64,000 nucleotides of DNA. Origin: an uncultured delta proteobacterium. GTDB taxonomy: Bacteria > Desulfobacterota > Desulfobacteria > Desulfobacterales > JAFDCJ01. The position numbers and the translations under genes are program-made. This document shows positions 53,961 through 64,000 of the stretch, piece by piece; positions within the stretch are counted from its first letter, which is position 1, and the number at the start of each line of letters is the position of its first letter. The notes beneath the pieces are model-generated. The model was given only the letters and a program-made list of their open reading frames with translations, did no database searches and was not told the origin of the DNA. The stretch lies in assembly GCA_963769935.1 (NCBI GenBank), contig CAVYNY010000020.1, positions 1 to 64,000 of the forward strand, read 5' to 3'.

Positions 53961-55070
53961 TCATAGGGTGAACGGACGGTCGGCTCCCGCGACCACCATA
54001 TCCCGAAATGTTTCAGGATTCCGTCGGTAGATTCCGATAGCGGTCTTAAACCCCATGGTTCTGACAGCGTCGATTCCCTTTTGTAGATAGCGGTACCTTG
54101 GCAGGCTGCACTTGGCGTGAACGGATCTTTTAATTTCGGCCGGGGGAAAACCGGCTATGTATCTGGACACTACCCGCGGGAAGAAAATTTCGACCAACCC
54201 CCCAACCATGGCCTCTTCAACTGAGATCCAGTCGTCGACAATCTGTTCAACTTCCCGGTGTGATTTTTTTTTAAGAGCGTACAATTGTTTCCGGATAGCC
54301 GCTTCCGTGTTGCGGCGGAGGGCAATGTGCAGGGTCTCTTCGATGGGGACGGTCAGGGCATTGTAGGGCAGCTCCGCACTGTTCTGCCAAATGGTATACC
54401 GATTCGGCGTAAATTTTACCGTTCCGTCATCTTGAATTTCCAACATCGATGAATACGATCCGATTTCACCAATATATTTCCTGCCGCGCAGGGAGACTTT
54501 GACTTCTTTCTCGTGTTTTTCGTTGAAAAATGAATAGGTCCCAACATATTCTCGCGCCAGATTATGTACCAGAAAGACCGTCACGCCCTTGTCATGAGGG
54601 ATTTCGGGCTTGGGATGATCCAAGGTTTCGATGTTCGTATAGGGATTATCGAGTTTGGTTTCACCCAATATGAAATCAATCACATCATGACAGTATTCTT
54701 CGTATAAAGCTGCATATTCTTCCCGGGTTTCCGGTACGTACAGCAGCCGCTGTTCAAAATCATCCAGCTTCCACTGCAAATGCTTCCCGCCGAGGTCCTT
54801 TCGAATTTTTTTGATCAATTCCCTGCGGTTATTGAAATATGCCAGAGTGCTTTGGTGGTCGACCTGATCAAATCGTTTCACAAAATCATTAAAAGGGTAT
54901 ACCGGGGTGGAGCGGTCCTCCAGCCGCATGAGTTCGACCAGGCGGGAATAGTCTGCACAAGGCTGGCGGGGGGACAACAGGTTGCAGGAAAATAAAAATA
55001 GGGCACCCAAAAGGATGGCCGCAATCTGAAAAATAATTTTTTGATTAAACCGTTTCCGATCTCCGTTCAT
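53961..55070 (-). CDS. Hypothetical lipoprotein
   Basis: 369-aa ORF with lipobox-like LFSC. Confidence 0.65.
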   Translation of the reverse strand: MNGDRKRFNQKIIFQIAAILLGALFLFSCNLLSPRQPCADYSRLVELMRLEDRSTPVYPFNDFVKRFDQVDHQSTLAYFNNRRELIKKIRKDLGGKHLQWKLDDFEQRLLYVPETREEYAALYEEYCHDVIDFILGETKLDNPYTNIETLDHPKPEIPHDKGVTVFLVHNLAREYVGTYSFFNEKHEKEVKVSLRGRKYIGEIGSYSSMLEIQDDGTVKFTPNRYTIWQNSAELPYNALTVPIEETLHIALRRNTEAAIRKQLYALKKKSHREVEQIVDDWISVEEAMVGGLVEIFFPRVVSRYIAGFPPAEIKRSVHAKCSLPRYRYLQKGIDAVRTMGFKTAIGIYRRNPETFRDMVVAGADRPFTL

Positions 55071-55670
55071 GCGAATGCGCGAAAAACAACCTCCACTGGA
55101 ATAATTTCAGTCCCCAAACTATCTTCGTCCATATTCGTCGAAAACTTAATTTAATTTTAACGAAATTTTGATAAAAATTAAAGCTTCCGGCTCTCCCGTC
55201 TTTATTCCAATATTTCATGGGTTCTCTGGCGGCCAATACCACCCTTCTCTCCGAGCTGCGGGCTTGCGAGCCGGAAGCTGGGGTGAAGTCAAAGCCTGGC
55301 CCTTTGGGCCAGGCTTGCCGGAAATTTCTTAACCTGTCCATCTGCAGCCGGCTTCTCATCCGGACCTATACCATTTTCGCCGGCCAGTAGGTCCTGAGAT
55401 TCATTTTTGCTTGACTTTCATATGATACCTCCCATATATAGCCAGGTTATTAAGAAAGCTGCTGCAAGGACGCCAGCGAAATATTTTCTCTCATTCCAAG
55501 AGCTTTCATCATAGCCGTCAACGTTTTTCTTGTCCGGATCGAACGCACAACTGGCGGTCCGGTGAGAAAAGATGCAGAAATTATACTAAATCCTACTACC
55601 GGCGCTTTTGCCAACGATTTATTTTTCAATTGCTTTTGCCCATAAAATTGAGGAGGAAGGAGAAGAGCAC

Positions 55671-57311
55671 ATGGACATTATCAGAGAGGTTGACGGCAGA
55701 TTTGAGCTGACTCAGGAGCTTCCACGGAGCCAGTTCTACAACAGGGACCTGGCGCCGGTTAGCTTGGAAAAGAGAACCTGGGGCTACTATGAGTATTTTT
55801 CCATGTGGGTGGGCATGAGCGTCTGCGTACCCACCTGGATGCTCGCCGCCAGCATGATCGCAGCAGGATTTGACTGGCTCACGTGCGTGTTCACCATTTT
55901 TCTGGGCAATGCCATCGTCCTGGGCCCCATGGTCCTGGATTCCTTTGCCGGGGCCAAGTACGGTATCCCCTTTCCGGTGTTCCTGAGGTCGAGCTTCGGA
56001 CTTTTCGGCGCCAACATTCCAGCCTTGATCAGGGGGGTCATCGCTTGCGGATGGTTCGGCATCCAGACAATGATTATGGCCTTTGCCATCGATGGAATTC
56101 TGGTGGCACTTTTCCCCTCCTACGCAAACATGAAGGGCATCGTTCCGTTCTTCAGCCTCCAATCCCATGTAGTGTTATCTTTTCTCGCGTCGTGGCTGAT
56201 GACGGTCGTTATTTGTTACGTTTCCCCGCCCCATAAAGCATCGCCGGGCATCAAATGGCTAAACGACCTGTCTTCACCGATTCTCATTGTGATCGGTGTC
56301 GGGCTGCTTATTTGGGCGGTTTCCAAGTCCGGAGGATGGGGACCCATTTTAACGCAGAAACGCACGGCCTCCTGGTCGGCGTGGCCTGCATTTCTGACGG
56401 CCATGGTTGCATACTGGTCGACGCTGGCCATCAACATCCCGGACCTGACGAGATTCGCAAAAAATCAGAAGGTGCAGTACCTAGGGCAGACATTCGGCTT
56501 ACCCCCGACCATGACGGCCTATTCGTTCATCGGCGTCGCAGTCACCTCCGCCACCGTCGTCATTTACGGATCGGCGATCTGGGATCCGGTGCAGCTTATG
56601 ATCAAGACGGGCATCCCCTTTTTCATTTTTGTCGGGCTCGTCTTTGTAATCCTGGCAACCCTTACCACCAACATTACCGCCAACATGGTCTCCCCCATAA
56701 ACGACTTCATGAATCTAATGCCCAAAATCCTTAATTGGGAACGGTCAACCATTGTGATCGCCCTGATCGGCGTGCTCATGCAGCCGTGGAGATTTTTAGC
56801 GGATCCCAAAGCCTACATATGGACATGGCTGCTTGGATATGGTGCCTTCACGGGAGGAATTGCCGGAGTCATCATTTGCGATTACTGGATTGTAAGAAAA
56901 CAGAACCTGAAGCTGCACGACATTTACATCAGGGAAGGCTACTACAATTTTGCCGGGGGCAAAACGAGCTGGATTGCGGTCATTTATGCGCTGATTCTGC
57001 TGGCAGCAACGATCGTTCTCTGGGCAAGCGGTGCTATCCTCGGGGAAGGCTGGCCTTCGACGCTTACCACACTGGTACTGGTGCTCGGCCTGATAGCCGG
57101 TATTGTCATGTATATCAGCAAAACCAAGGGAGTGAATTTTGCCGGAGTGCTGGCGCTGTTCTCAGGTGTGGTGGGCTCCCTCGTTCTTTCCCAGATCAGC
57201 ACCGTTTTATCCCAGTGGACGTGGTTTACGGGGGGGGGCATCGGTTTCATTGGCTATTATTTGCTGTACAAATACTGGTATGAAAAGCATTTTCCGGCCG
57301 TCCCCGATTGA
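55671..57311 (+). CDS. NCS1-family nucleobase:cation symporter
   Basis: NRDLAP...RTW, WVGMSVCVP, KYGIPFPVFLRSSFG, WSTLAINIPDLTRF, QPWRF. Confidence 0.93.
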   Translation: MDIIREVDGRFELTQELPRSQFYNRDLAPVSLEKRTWGYYEYFSMWVGMSVCVPTWMLAASMIAAGFDWLTCVFTIFLGNAIVLGPMVLDSFAGAKYGIPFPVFLRSSFGLFGANIPALIRGVIACGWFGIQTMIMAFAIDGILVALFPSYANMKGIVPFFSLQSHVVLSFLASWLMTVVICYVSPPHKASPGIKWLNDLSSPILIVIGVGLLIWAVSKSGGWGPILTQKRTASWSAWPAFLTAMVAYWSTLAINIPDLTRFAKNQKVQYLGQTFGLPPTMTAYSFIGVAVTSATVVIYGSAIWDPVQLMIKTGIPFFIFVGLVFVILATLTTNITANMVSPINDFMNLMPKILNWERSTIVIALIGVLMQPWRFLADPKAYIWTWLLGYGAFTGGIAGVIICDYWIVRKQNLKLHDIYIREGYYNFAGGKTSWIAVIYALILLAATIVLWASGAILGEGWPSTLTTLVLVLGLIAGIVMYISKTKGVNFAGVLALFSGVVGSLVLSQISTVLSQWTWFTGGGIGFIGYYLLYKYWYEKHFPAVPD

Positions 57312-57961
57312 TTAACCCGATGGCCAATTTTTTTTTAATGAACCCATATGTGAGGATTTTCCTTATATTAGCGTGCTTTGGAATTTTTCACAGCCTCACG
57401 GCCAAAGAGAGAGTAAAGGAGGCGATTCGCTCGAAACTAGGCATGGGCGACCCGGCATACGCGGTTGCCCGTGCATCGATCTCACTGTCGGTGCTTGTTC
57501 TCTCGATTGTGGCTCTATTTAACGGTGCGAACACCACGAAGGCGCTTTTTAGCCCGATCCACGGCCTGCCGGCAATCGTTCCGACGATGTTTGCCTTTTG
57601 GATCGCGATGATGGCGCTAGGGCAGGTCGCCAAGGGGCGCTGCCTGCCCCAGTTTTTTGGTTTGCAAGAATACCCGAAGCTTTTTTTCTTTTCAGGTGCC
57701 TACAGCATATGCCGGCATCCCATGTATACAGGCTGGCTGATCGCAAGCTGGGGGATTGTCATGAGCAAGCCTTACCTGCTCACCCTGTTTTATAACATAC
57801 TTATTACCTTATTCGTCGTCCATGAATCTCGGCAGGAAGAAAAACGGATGACCGAGCTGTTCGGCGACAGGTACCTGGTCTACAAAAAGAAAATACCGTT
57901 TCTGCTCCCCTATGGCTTTCTTAAAAAGGAAATTCGGGAATATGGCGCTCCAAAATTTTAG
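57308..57961 (+). CDS. Isoprenylcysteine-carboxylmethyltransferase-like membrane protein
   Basis: GAYSICRHPMY, EEKRM..LFGDRYLVYKKKIP. Confidence 0.8.
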   Translation: MINPMANFFLMNPYVRIFLILACFGIFHSLTAKERVKEAIRSKLGMGDPAYAVARASISLSVLVLSIVALFNGANTTKALFSPIHGLPAIVPTMFAFWIAMMALGQVAKGRCLPQFFGLQEYPKLFFFSGAYSICRHPMYTGWLIASWGIVMSKPYLLTLFYNILITLFVVHESRQEEKRMTELFGDRYLVYKKKIPFLLPYGFLKKEIREYGAPKF

Positions 57962-58006
57962 ATAAAAGCGAATCCCCGCCGAATGGACAAACAGGCTGCA
58001 GGCATG

Positions 58007-58876
58007 TTAACCATGCGTTCGAGTCAATTCGGTATACATATCGGGGCGTAGATCCCGGAAAAACTGCCAGCCGTCCCGCACCTCCCGGATTTCTTCCAGA
58101 TTCAGATCGGCCATGACGACCTCATCCTTGTCCTCGCTGCCTTTGACAAGCATTTCCCCCCGGGGATTGACAAAATAGCTGGACCCGTAGAACCTTCCAA
58201 ATTCCCATGGCTTCTCAAGTCCGATGCGGTTGTTGGCTCCGATAAAGACACCGTTGGCTACGGCCTGGGCCGGCTGCTCCAGCTGCCATAAGTATTGGGA
58301 TTTTCCGGCGGTGGTGGCTGAAGGGTTAAATAAAATTTCAGCGCCCTTCAACGCCAGCAGCCGGGCACACTCCGGAAAGTGCCGATCATAGCAGATATAA
58401 ATGCCGATCTTGGCATAGGTGGTCTCAAAAACCGGAAATCCCAGATTGCCCGGTTTGAAATAAAACTTCTCCCAAAATCCCGGCCACGTATGCGGAATAT
58501 GAATCTTTCTGAATTTACCCAGATAAGTGCCGTCGGCATCAACGACGGCGGCTGTGTTGAAATAGACACCATCCATCTCCATCTCATAAACCGGTATAAT
58601 CATCACCATCTGGTATTTGCGGGCATATTCACTCAGTCGTTCTACGGTCGGTCCCGGAACGGTTTCGGCCGTCGCGTACCACTTGATGTCCTGTTCGGCG
58701 CAGAAATACGGTCCGTGAAAGATTTCCTGGAGACATAGAATTTGAACGCCTTTTTTTCCCGCTTCATCGATGAGCGGCAGGTGCTTTTGGATCATGGCCT
58801 CCTTGATTTCGGCGGGCGTACCTTCATGCCTGGCATTGGCGGCCTGGATATGGGCGCATTTTACGATTCTGGACAT
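58007..58876 (-). CDS. Nitrilase-family beta-ureidopropionase
   Basis: CLQE, FRKIHIPH, FWEKFYFKPGN, ICYDRHFPE (E-K-C triad). Confidence 0.88.
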   Translation of the reverse strand: MSRIVKCAHIQAANARHEGTPAEIKEAMIQKHLPLIDEAGKKGVQILCLQEIFHGPYFCAEQDIKWYATAETVPGPTVERLSEYARKYQMVMIIPVYEMEMDGVYFNTAAVVDADGTYLGKFRKIHIPHTWPGFWEKFYFKPGNLGFPVFETTYAKIGIYICYDRHFPECARLLALKGAEILFNPSATTAGKSQYLWQLEQPAQAVANGVFIGANNRIGLEKPWEFGRFYGSSYFVNPRGEMLVKGSEDKDEVVMADLNLEEIREVRDGWQFFRDLRPDMYTELTRTHG

Positions 58877-59317
58877 ACATTCCCCCTTTCCCGAAATCCG
58901 CTGTCGTCATTTTTCCTTTTCGGGCCGGCAGCGGTTAAATTTTGCAATGATTTTTTAATTTTGAAGCAGTCAACGCTTTCAGTGTTTTACTACCTGTTAT
59001 GTCTTTTTATTTTCATGTGGCCGGTGTTAAATAAAATGATAAATATGCGCAGCATAAAGTAACTAAGCCGCCGAGCCTGCGGTCGAACGACTTTCTTCGA
59101 TTTTCAAAGAACCATTCACTATCCTGAATACACTATTTTTCAGGGCGGATTAATTAGCAGTCTTATATTGGCAACCATTAGATAGGTCAAGTCTTTTATG
59201 AGATCGCCGAAATTTTATGAACATGCATTATTATTCGAATTGTTAATAATTGACAATTACCCCTGAAACGTCTAAACTTTATGCCTTATTTAATGAAAGT
59301 CAAAAGGAGGAAAATCC

Positions 59318-60670
59318 GTGAGCAATGCTGAAAAGTTTAAGCAGATGCGAAAAGGGTTTGACCTGATCCAGGCGGTAGCCGAAGCCGATCGCTGTCTGCT
59401 CTGTCATGATGCCCCTTGTTCCCAAGGCTGCCCGGCTGATACCCGGCCGGCTGAATTCATCCGCAAATTGCGTTTTAAAAACATTACGGGGGCAATTCGC
59501 ACAATTAAACAAAACAACATCTTAGGGGGCGCCTGCGGTGTGCTTTGCCCGACTGCCCGCCTGTGCGAGGAAAAGTGCAGTGCGATGTTCAAAGCCCAAA
59601 ATCGTCCGGAAGGAGCCGACCGGCCCATCCAGATCGGCAAAATCCAGCGATTTTTAATTGAACATTCATGGCAACGGGGGGTTAAGGCTTTCAGCAAGCC
59701 GGCAGAGCGCGGCGAAAAAATCGCCGTGGTGGGCTCCGGACCCGGCGGATTGAGCTGTGCTGCCGAACTTGCCAAAGACGGGTATCAGGTCACAGTCTTT
59801 GAGGCCAAACCGGAACCCGGCGGGGTCCTGCGCTACGGCGTGGTCTCTTACCGCTTTGATAGGAATTTTCTCGAGCATGAGATGGCAGATATCAGGGAGC
59901 TGGGTGTTAAATTCAAATGCAATTCTGCTATCAGTGGGAAAGAGAGTGCGGAGGCCCTCTTAAAAGACGGCTTCGATGCTGTTTTCCTGGCGCCCGGTCT
60001 GTGGGCGGCCGCCAGCCTGAAGTCAAACGGAAGGGACATCGATGGATTGTTTTCCTCCGTGGACTATCTGTCGGCCCTGCGTGACGGGCGCTTTGAAGAA
60101 ATTGAAACGAAAATTCAGGGCAAAACCGTTGCCGTCATCGGCGGTGGGTCGGTGGCTATGGATTGTATCGAGTCAGCCGTGAGACTGGGAGCCAAAGACG
60201 TCTATTTGATCTACCGGCGCTCTTACTCGCAGATGCCGGCGGAATCCGATGAGCGCATCGAGGCCCTGGCAAGCGGGGTTCATTTTCTACTCCTCAATCA
60301 GCCGCTGGATTATTTAACCGATGACCAAAATCGTCTGACGGGATTGAAACTGGTACGCACCCGTCTGGGCGAGCCCGACAAGTCGGGCCGGAGACGGCCG
60401 GAAAATATTGACGGCTCCGAATGGATGATGGATGCGGATGTGGTCATCGAGGCCATCGGCAACATCGCAGCCGAGGAGTCATCCGAATGGTATCCCAATG
60501 TTAATATTGACGCCAAGAGACTTATTCAAGCAGACCCTGCGACCGGCAAAACATCGATTGACGGAATTTTTGCCGGCGGCGATATTGTGCGCGGCCCGGC
60601 CCTTGTGGTTCAAGCGGTTCAGGACGGCAAAGTGGCGGCTGCGGCGATCAAGGATTACCTACAGAAATAG
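59318..60670 (+). CDS. preT: NAD-dependent dihydropyrimidine dehydrogenase subunit PreT
   Basis: EADRCLLCHDAPCSQGCP, GSGPGGL, VIGGGSVAMD, FAGGD; adjacent to preA. Confidence 0.88.
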   Translation: MSNAEKFKQMRKGFDLIQAVAEADRCLLCHDAPCSQGCPADTRPAEFIRKLRFKNITGAIRTIKQNNILGGACGVLCPTARLCEEKCSAMFKAQNRPEGADRPIQIGKIQRFLIEHSWQRGVKAFSKPAERGEKIAVVGSGPGGLSCAAELAKDGYQVTVFEAKPEPGGVLRYGVVSYRFDRNFLEHEMADIRELGVKFKCNSAISGKESAEALLKDGFDAVFLAPGLWAAASLKSNGRDIDGLFSSVDYLSALRDGRFEEIETKIQGKTVAVIGGGSVAMDCIESAVRLGAKDVYLIYRRSYSQMPAESDERIEALASGVHFLLLNQPLDYLTDDQNRLTGLKLVRTRLGEPDKSGRRRPENIDGSEWMMDADVVIEAIGNIAAEESSEWYPNVNIDAKRLIQADPATGKTSIDGIFAGGDIVRGPALVVQAVQDGKVAAAAIKDYLQK

Positions 60671-60880
60671 ATTGAATAGTGAATAATGAAGATTGAATAT
60701 TTGAGGTATCCTATCATTTTATTTTCAGGTGTATATTTAGTCATCCAACTTACAGCATGTGAAAATCGTAAAAGAAGCAAAGATTGCAATTTCTAATGGC
60801 TGCGACAAACAGCATGCAATATAAATAAGACAGACAGAATTCCATAAATATTCAATATACAATCGAAAATATTCAATTCA
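60670..60880. repeat. Heptamer-based intergenic inverted repeat
   Basis: GATTGAATAGTGAATAATGAAGATTGAATATT ... AATATTCAATATACAATCGAAAATATTCAATTC. Confidence 0.65.
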
Positions 60881-60922
60881 TTGGCGTTTGCGAAGCAAAC
60901 TCATCAGATAGGAGGCAAACTC

Positions 60923-62233
60923 GTGACAAACCACGTTGATTTATCCATGGATTTTTGTGGGGTGAAATTTAAGAATCCGTTCCTGCTCTCATCCTCTCCG
61001 GTTTCAAACAGTGCCGAGATGGTGGCCAGGTCCTTCGACGCCGGCTGGGGCGGGGTGGTGTTTAAGACGCTGAATTCGGACCGCTTGCCGATTGTGCACC
61101 CTTCGCCGCGCATGCACTGCATCCATTACGGCGGTAAAAAGGAAATGGCGGTCCAGAATGTGGAGATGATATCCGATCGGCCTCTGAAAGATAACCTCAT
61201 GGATTTTCTCTATCTGAAAAAGAATTACCCGGACCACCCCATCATCGCCAGCATCATGGGTTTTTTTACTGATGAATGGGTGTATCTGGCGAAGACGGCC
61301 GAGGACAATGGGGCCGATATGTTGGAGCTGAACTTTTCCTGCCCGCATATGTGCATCGAGGGCGCGGGGCATAAGGTGGGGCAGGCCTTCAAGCTGCTGG
61401 AAGGATTTACCGAAGCCGTCAAAAAAGCAGTTTCCATCCCGGTGATGGCCAAGATGACCCCGAATATCACCGACATGAATGAACCGGCCATGTACGCGAA
61501 AGAGGGCGGTGCCGATGCGATCTCCGCCATTAATACCGTCAGAGGCATTTCCGGTATCGGCTTAAATGACCATGTTCCAACACCGAATGTATTCGGCAAA
61601 GGCGCCATCAGCGGGACCTCCGGTCCGGCCGTCCGGCCGATCGGCTTGAATTTTATTGCCTCCATGGCCCAAAATGAGCGGCTCGGACTCCCCCTGTCAG
61701 GGATCGGCGGCATCGAGACCTGGATTGACGCACTTGAATATATCCTGGTCGGCGCCTCAACCATTCAGGTCACCACCGGCATCATGCATTACGGGCACCG
61801 GATTGTCGAAGACTTGATCGAAGGTCTGAGCGACTACATGGTCGAACGCGGGATTAACAGGGTCTCTGATCTGGTAGGCAAGGCGTTGCCCCATCTGCAC
61901 GAGACCGAAGCGTTTGAGGTTGATCGGCAGGGAATTACCCAGTATGACCTGGATCTCTGTATCGGCTGCGGGCAGTGTTACATCGTATGCCGGGATGCCG
62001 CCGGCCAGGCGATTGAATGGGATGCTGCCAACCGGAGGCCGAAACTGATAGAGGATAAATGCTTAAGCTGTATGCTGTGCAAATTCGTATGTCCGGTGCC
62101 GGATTTGATTTCTTACAAGGAAATGCCTAAAGGATGGAGCCGACGGGAGACTGCGGTCATGGACCGCAGAATGGAAAAAGATGTAAAACTTGAGCCATTT
62201 ACAAAGGAGGGTCCAAATGAGTGTGTTATTTAA
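60923..62233 (+). CDS. preA: NAD-dependent dihydropyrimidine dehydrogenase subunit PreA
   Basis: NVEMISDRP, ELNFSCPH, AKMTPNIT, INT, SGIGGI, and two C-terminal ferredoxin motifs (CIGCGQC, CLSCMLC). Confidence 0.93.
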   Translation: MTNHVDLSMDFCGVKFKNPFLLSSSPVSNSAEMVARSFDAGWGGVVFKTLNSDRLPIVHPSPRMHCIHYGGKKEMAVQNVEMISDRPLKDNLMDFLYLKKNYPDHPIIASIMGFFTDEWVYLAKTAEDNGADMLELNFSCPHMCIEGAGHKVGQAFKLLEGFTEAVKKAVSIPVMAKMTPNITDMNEPAMYAKEGGADAISAINTVRGISGIGLNDHVPTPNVFGKGAISGTSGPAVRPIGLNFIASMAQNERLGLPLSGIGGIETWIDALEYILVGASTIQVTTGIMHYGHRIVEDLIEGLSDYMVERGINRVSDLVGKALPHLHETEAFEVDRQGITQYDLDLCIGCGQCYIVCRDAAGQAIEWDAANRRPKLIEDKCLSCMLCKFVCPVPDLISYKEMPKGWSRRETAVMDRRMEKDVKLEPFTKEGPNECVI

Positions 62234-63608
62234 ACGCGGAACCGTCGTAAATGCTACCGGCCGTTATCTGGCCGATGTGTTTGCCGATGGCGATAAAATT
62301 AAAGCGATCGGGACCGATCTGAATAATCCGGCGGATGAAGTCATCGATGCCAAGGGCAAATATATTCTTCCCGGGGCGATTGATCCCCACACCCATATTT
62401 CCATGCCTTTTATGGGAACCTATGCCCAGGATGACTATGAAACCGGCACCATCGCGGCGGCCTGCGGAGGTGTCACCTGCGTTGTGGATTTTGATTTGCA
62501 GCAAAAGGGCGAAAGCCTGCTGGAGGCCTTGGAGCGCAAAAAGGCTCTGGCAGAAGGCAAAGCCTGCATTGATTACTCCCTGCATCCGGCCATTATGGAT
62601 CCCAGGCCGGAAGTAATCGCGGAGGTTAAAAAGGCCTGCCGGGAGTACGGGACGCCGAGCTTTAAAATTTTCATGGTATATGACTTCCGGGTGGATGATG
62701 CCATCATGATTAAGCTGCTGGAAGAAACCAAGAAATACGGGGGACTGGTCCAGGTTCATGCCGAAAATGTCTACATCATACAGCACATGAACGAAGTCCT
62801 GGCAAAAGAGGGCAAGCTGGCGCCTTACTACCATGCTGTCAGCCGGCCGAACATCGCCGAGGAAGAAGCCATTTACCGGGCCTCAAAAATGGTTGAGCTG
62901 ACGGGTTCTCGCATTTATGTCGTGCACCTGTCTTCCAAGGAAGGACTCTGGGTAGTAAAGGAAGCGCGCAATCGCGGGGTGAATGTCTATGCCGAAACCT
63001 GCCCGCAGTACCTGCTGCTGGATGATGAACGCTACAAAGAGCCGGACTGGAACGGAGCCAAGTATGTCATGTCGCCGCCCCTGCGAACCAAAGAAAGCAA
63101 TGCGGCGCTCTGGGAAGGCCTGAGGGGCGGCGACCTGCAGGTGGTGGCCACCGATCATTGCCCGTTTGATTTCAAGGGCAAAAAGGATATGTTCGGCAAA
63201 GACGACTACAAGAAAATCCCCAACGGGGCACCGGGGATCGAGACCTTACTGCTCCTGTTGCATTCCGAAGGTGTGGCCAAAGGCCGCATCAGCTTGGAGC
63301 GCATGGTGGATGTGCTGTCTTCCGGCACGGCCCGGATGTTTGGCCTGAAAGACAAAGGCGAAATTGCCGTGGGCAAGGATGCGGATATCGTCGTTTTTGA
63401 TGCGGAACAGAAATTTACCGTTACCCAGAGCAAGCTGCATATGAACGTTGATTATACGCCCTATGAAGGGCTGGAGATCACCGGCATGCCCAGCCTGGTG
63501 TACTCCCGGGGCAGGAAAGTCTCCCAATGGAACGGCAAACAGATGGAGTTTGTGGGAGAAGTCGGCCGTGGCAGATTTGTCAAGCGAGAGCCTTTTGAAG
63601 ACTTTTAA
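62217..63608 (+). CDS. hydA: Dihydropyrimidinase
   Basis: PGAIDPHTH, SFKIFM, VHAEN, VHLSS, ETCPQYL, TDHCPF, IPNGAPG. Confidence 0.93.
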   Translation: MSVLFKRGTVVNATGRYLADVFADGDKIKAIGTDLNNPADEVIDAKGKYILPGAIDPHTHISMPFMGTYAQDDYETGTIAAACGGVTCVVDFDLQQKGESLLEALERKKALAEGKACIDYSLHPAIMDPRPEVIAEVKKACREYGTPSFKIFMVYDFRVDDAIMIKLLEETKKYGGLVQVHAENVYIIQHMNEVLAKEGKLAPYYHAVSRPNIAEEEAIYRASKMVELTGSRIYVVHLSSKEGLWVVKEARNRGVNVYAETCPQYLLLDDERYKEPDWNGAKYVMSPPLRTKESNAALWEGLRGGDLQVVATDHCPFDFKGKKDMFGKDDYKKIPNGAPGIETLLLLLHSEGVAKGRISLERMVDVLSSGTARMFGLKDKGEIAVGKDADIVVFDAEQKFTVTQSKLHMNVDYTPYEGLEITGMPSLVYSRGRKVSQWNGKQMEFVGEVGRGRFVKREPFEDF

Positions 63609-63681
63609 AGCAGAGGACAGAAGACAGATCCAACTAATTTAATCTGATTGTGCTCTCTGGGATCATAAATAGATCTATAAG

Positions 63682-63718
63682 AAAAAAGGTGCAGGAAATC
63701 TATATCCTGCACCTTTTT
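63682..63718. terminator. Bidirectional intrinsic terminator
   Basis: AAAAAAGGTGCAGGA...TCCTGCACCTTTTT between convergent genes. Confidence 0.8.
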
Positions 63719-63821
63719 GTTTTTTCTGGTGGTGTTTTTTGCCATTTTTTTCAGATACTGCAAATTCAGCAGCTCAATAAGCTCTGGCATCTAACGTTGG
63801 TCATCTGCTATCTGTCTTATG

Positions 63822-64000
63822 TTATTTCTCATTCGCAGATTGCAGCATGGCATGCAGCAGCACGTTCGCACCGGCCTCGCAGTCTTCCCACCTGGTATTT
63901 TCGACTTCAACATGACTTCGGCCGCCGATACTGGGAACAAAAATCATGGCGGTCGGGCATACCTGGTTCATGTAGCTGGCGTCGTGTCCGGCGCCGCTGA
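63822..64000 (-). CDS. C-terminus of an M20-family Zn amidohydrolase (N-carbamoyl-amino-acid hydrolase type); runs off the window
   Basis: Manual translation SGAGHDASYMNQVCPTAMIFVPSIGGRSHVEVE...GANVLLHAMLQSANEK*; not in the ORF track. Confidence 0.85.
   Translation of the reverse strand, partial: SGAGHDASYMNQVCPTAMIFVPSIGGRSHVEVENTRWEDCEAGANVLLHAMLQSANEK

Noticed and set aside
55240..55380. Structured ncRNA or riboswitch upstream of the NCS1 gene
   Set aside because: Only one perfect hairpin (AAGCCTGGCCC-TTT-GGGCCAGGCTT, 55292-55316) is supportable; no family consensus was recognised.

Overview
The window is not one genome locus. It looks like three unrelated fragments joined end to end, with Oxford Nanopore adapter-like remnants at the joins and many frameshifts typical of uncorrected long reads. 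(1) ~1-12458 is AT-rich and Flavobacteriaceae-like: a sensor kinase, a large T9SS-secreted metalloprotease/adhesin, an AraC regulator, an M3 peptidase and a pseudouridine synthase. (2) ~12503-17570 is GC-rich defence DNA: a SEFIR/TIR gene packaged as an integron-type cassette with an attC site, followed by a three-gene restriction-modification/helicase operon. (3) ~17608-64000 is Desulfobacterales-like: housekeeping genes, a Liv-type ABC catabolic operon, a complete reductive pyrimidine degradation cluster, an unannotated OsmC-like selenoprotein, two copies of a 156-bp MITE and many short-period inverted repeats. The most striking feature is an AT-rich island at ~26.8-31.4 kb. One half is a TIR-like effector plus a STAND ATPase/TPR receptor that share a 14-residue beta-rich motif (two copies in the effector, one in the ATPase, reminiscent of HET-s/NWD2 amyloid signalling). 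The other, convergent half is a radical SAM/SPASM maturase with a C-terminal RRE-like domain and a 78-aa precursor carrying four QCPxP repeats. Taxonomic and family assignments are from motif recognition, not database searches.
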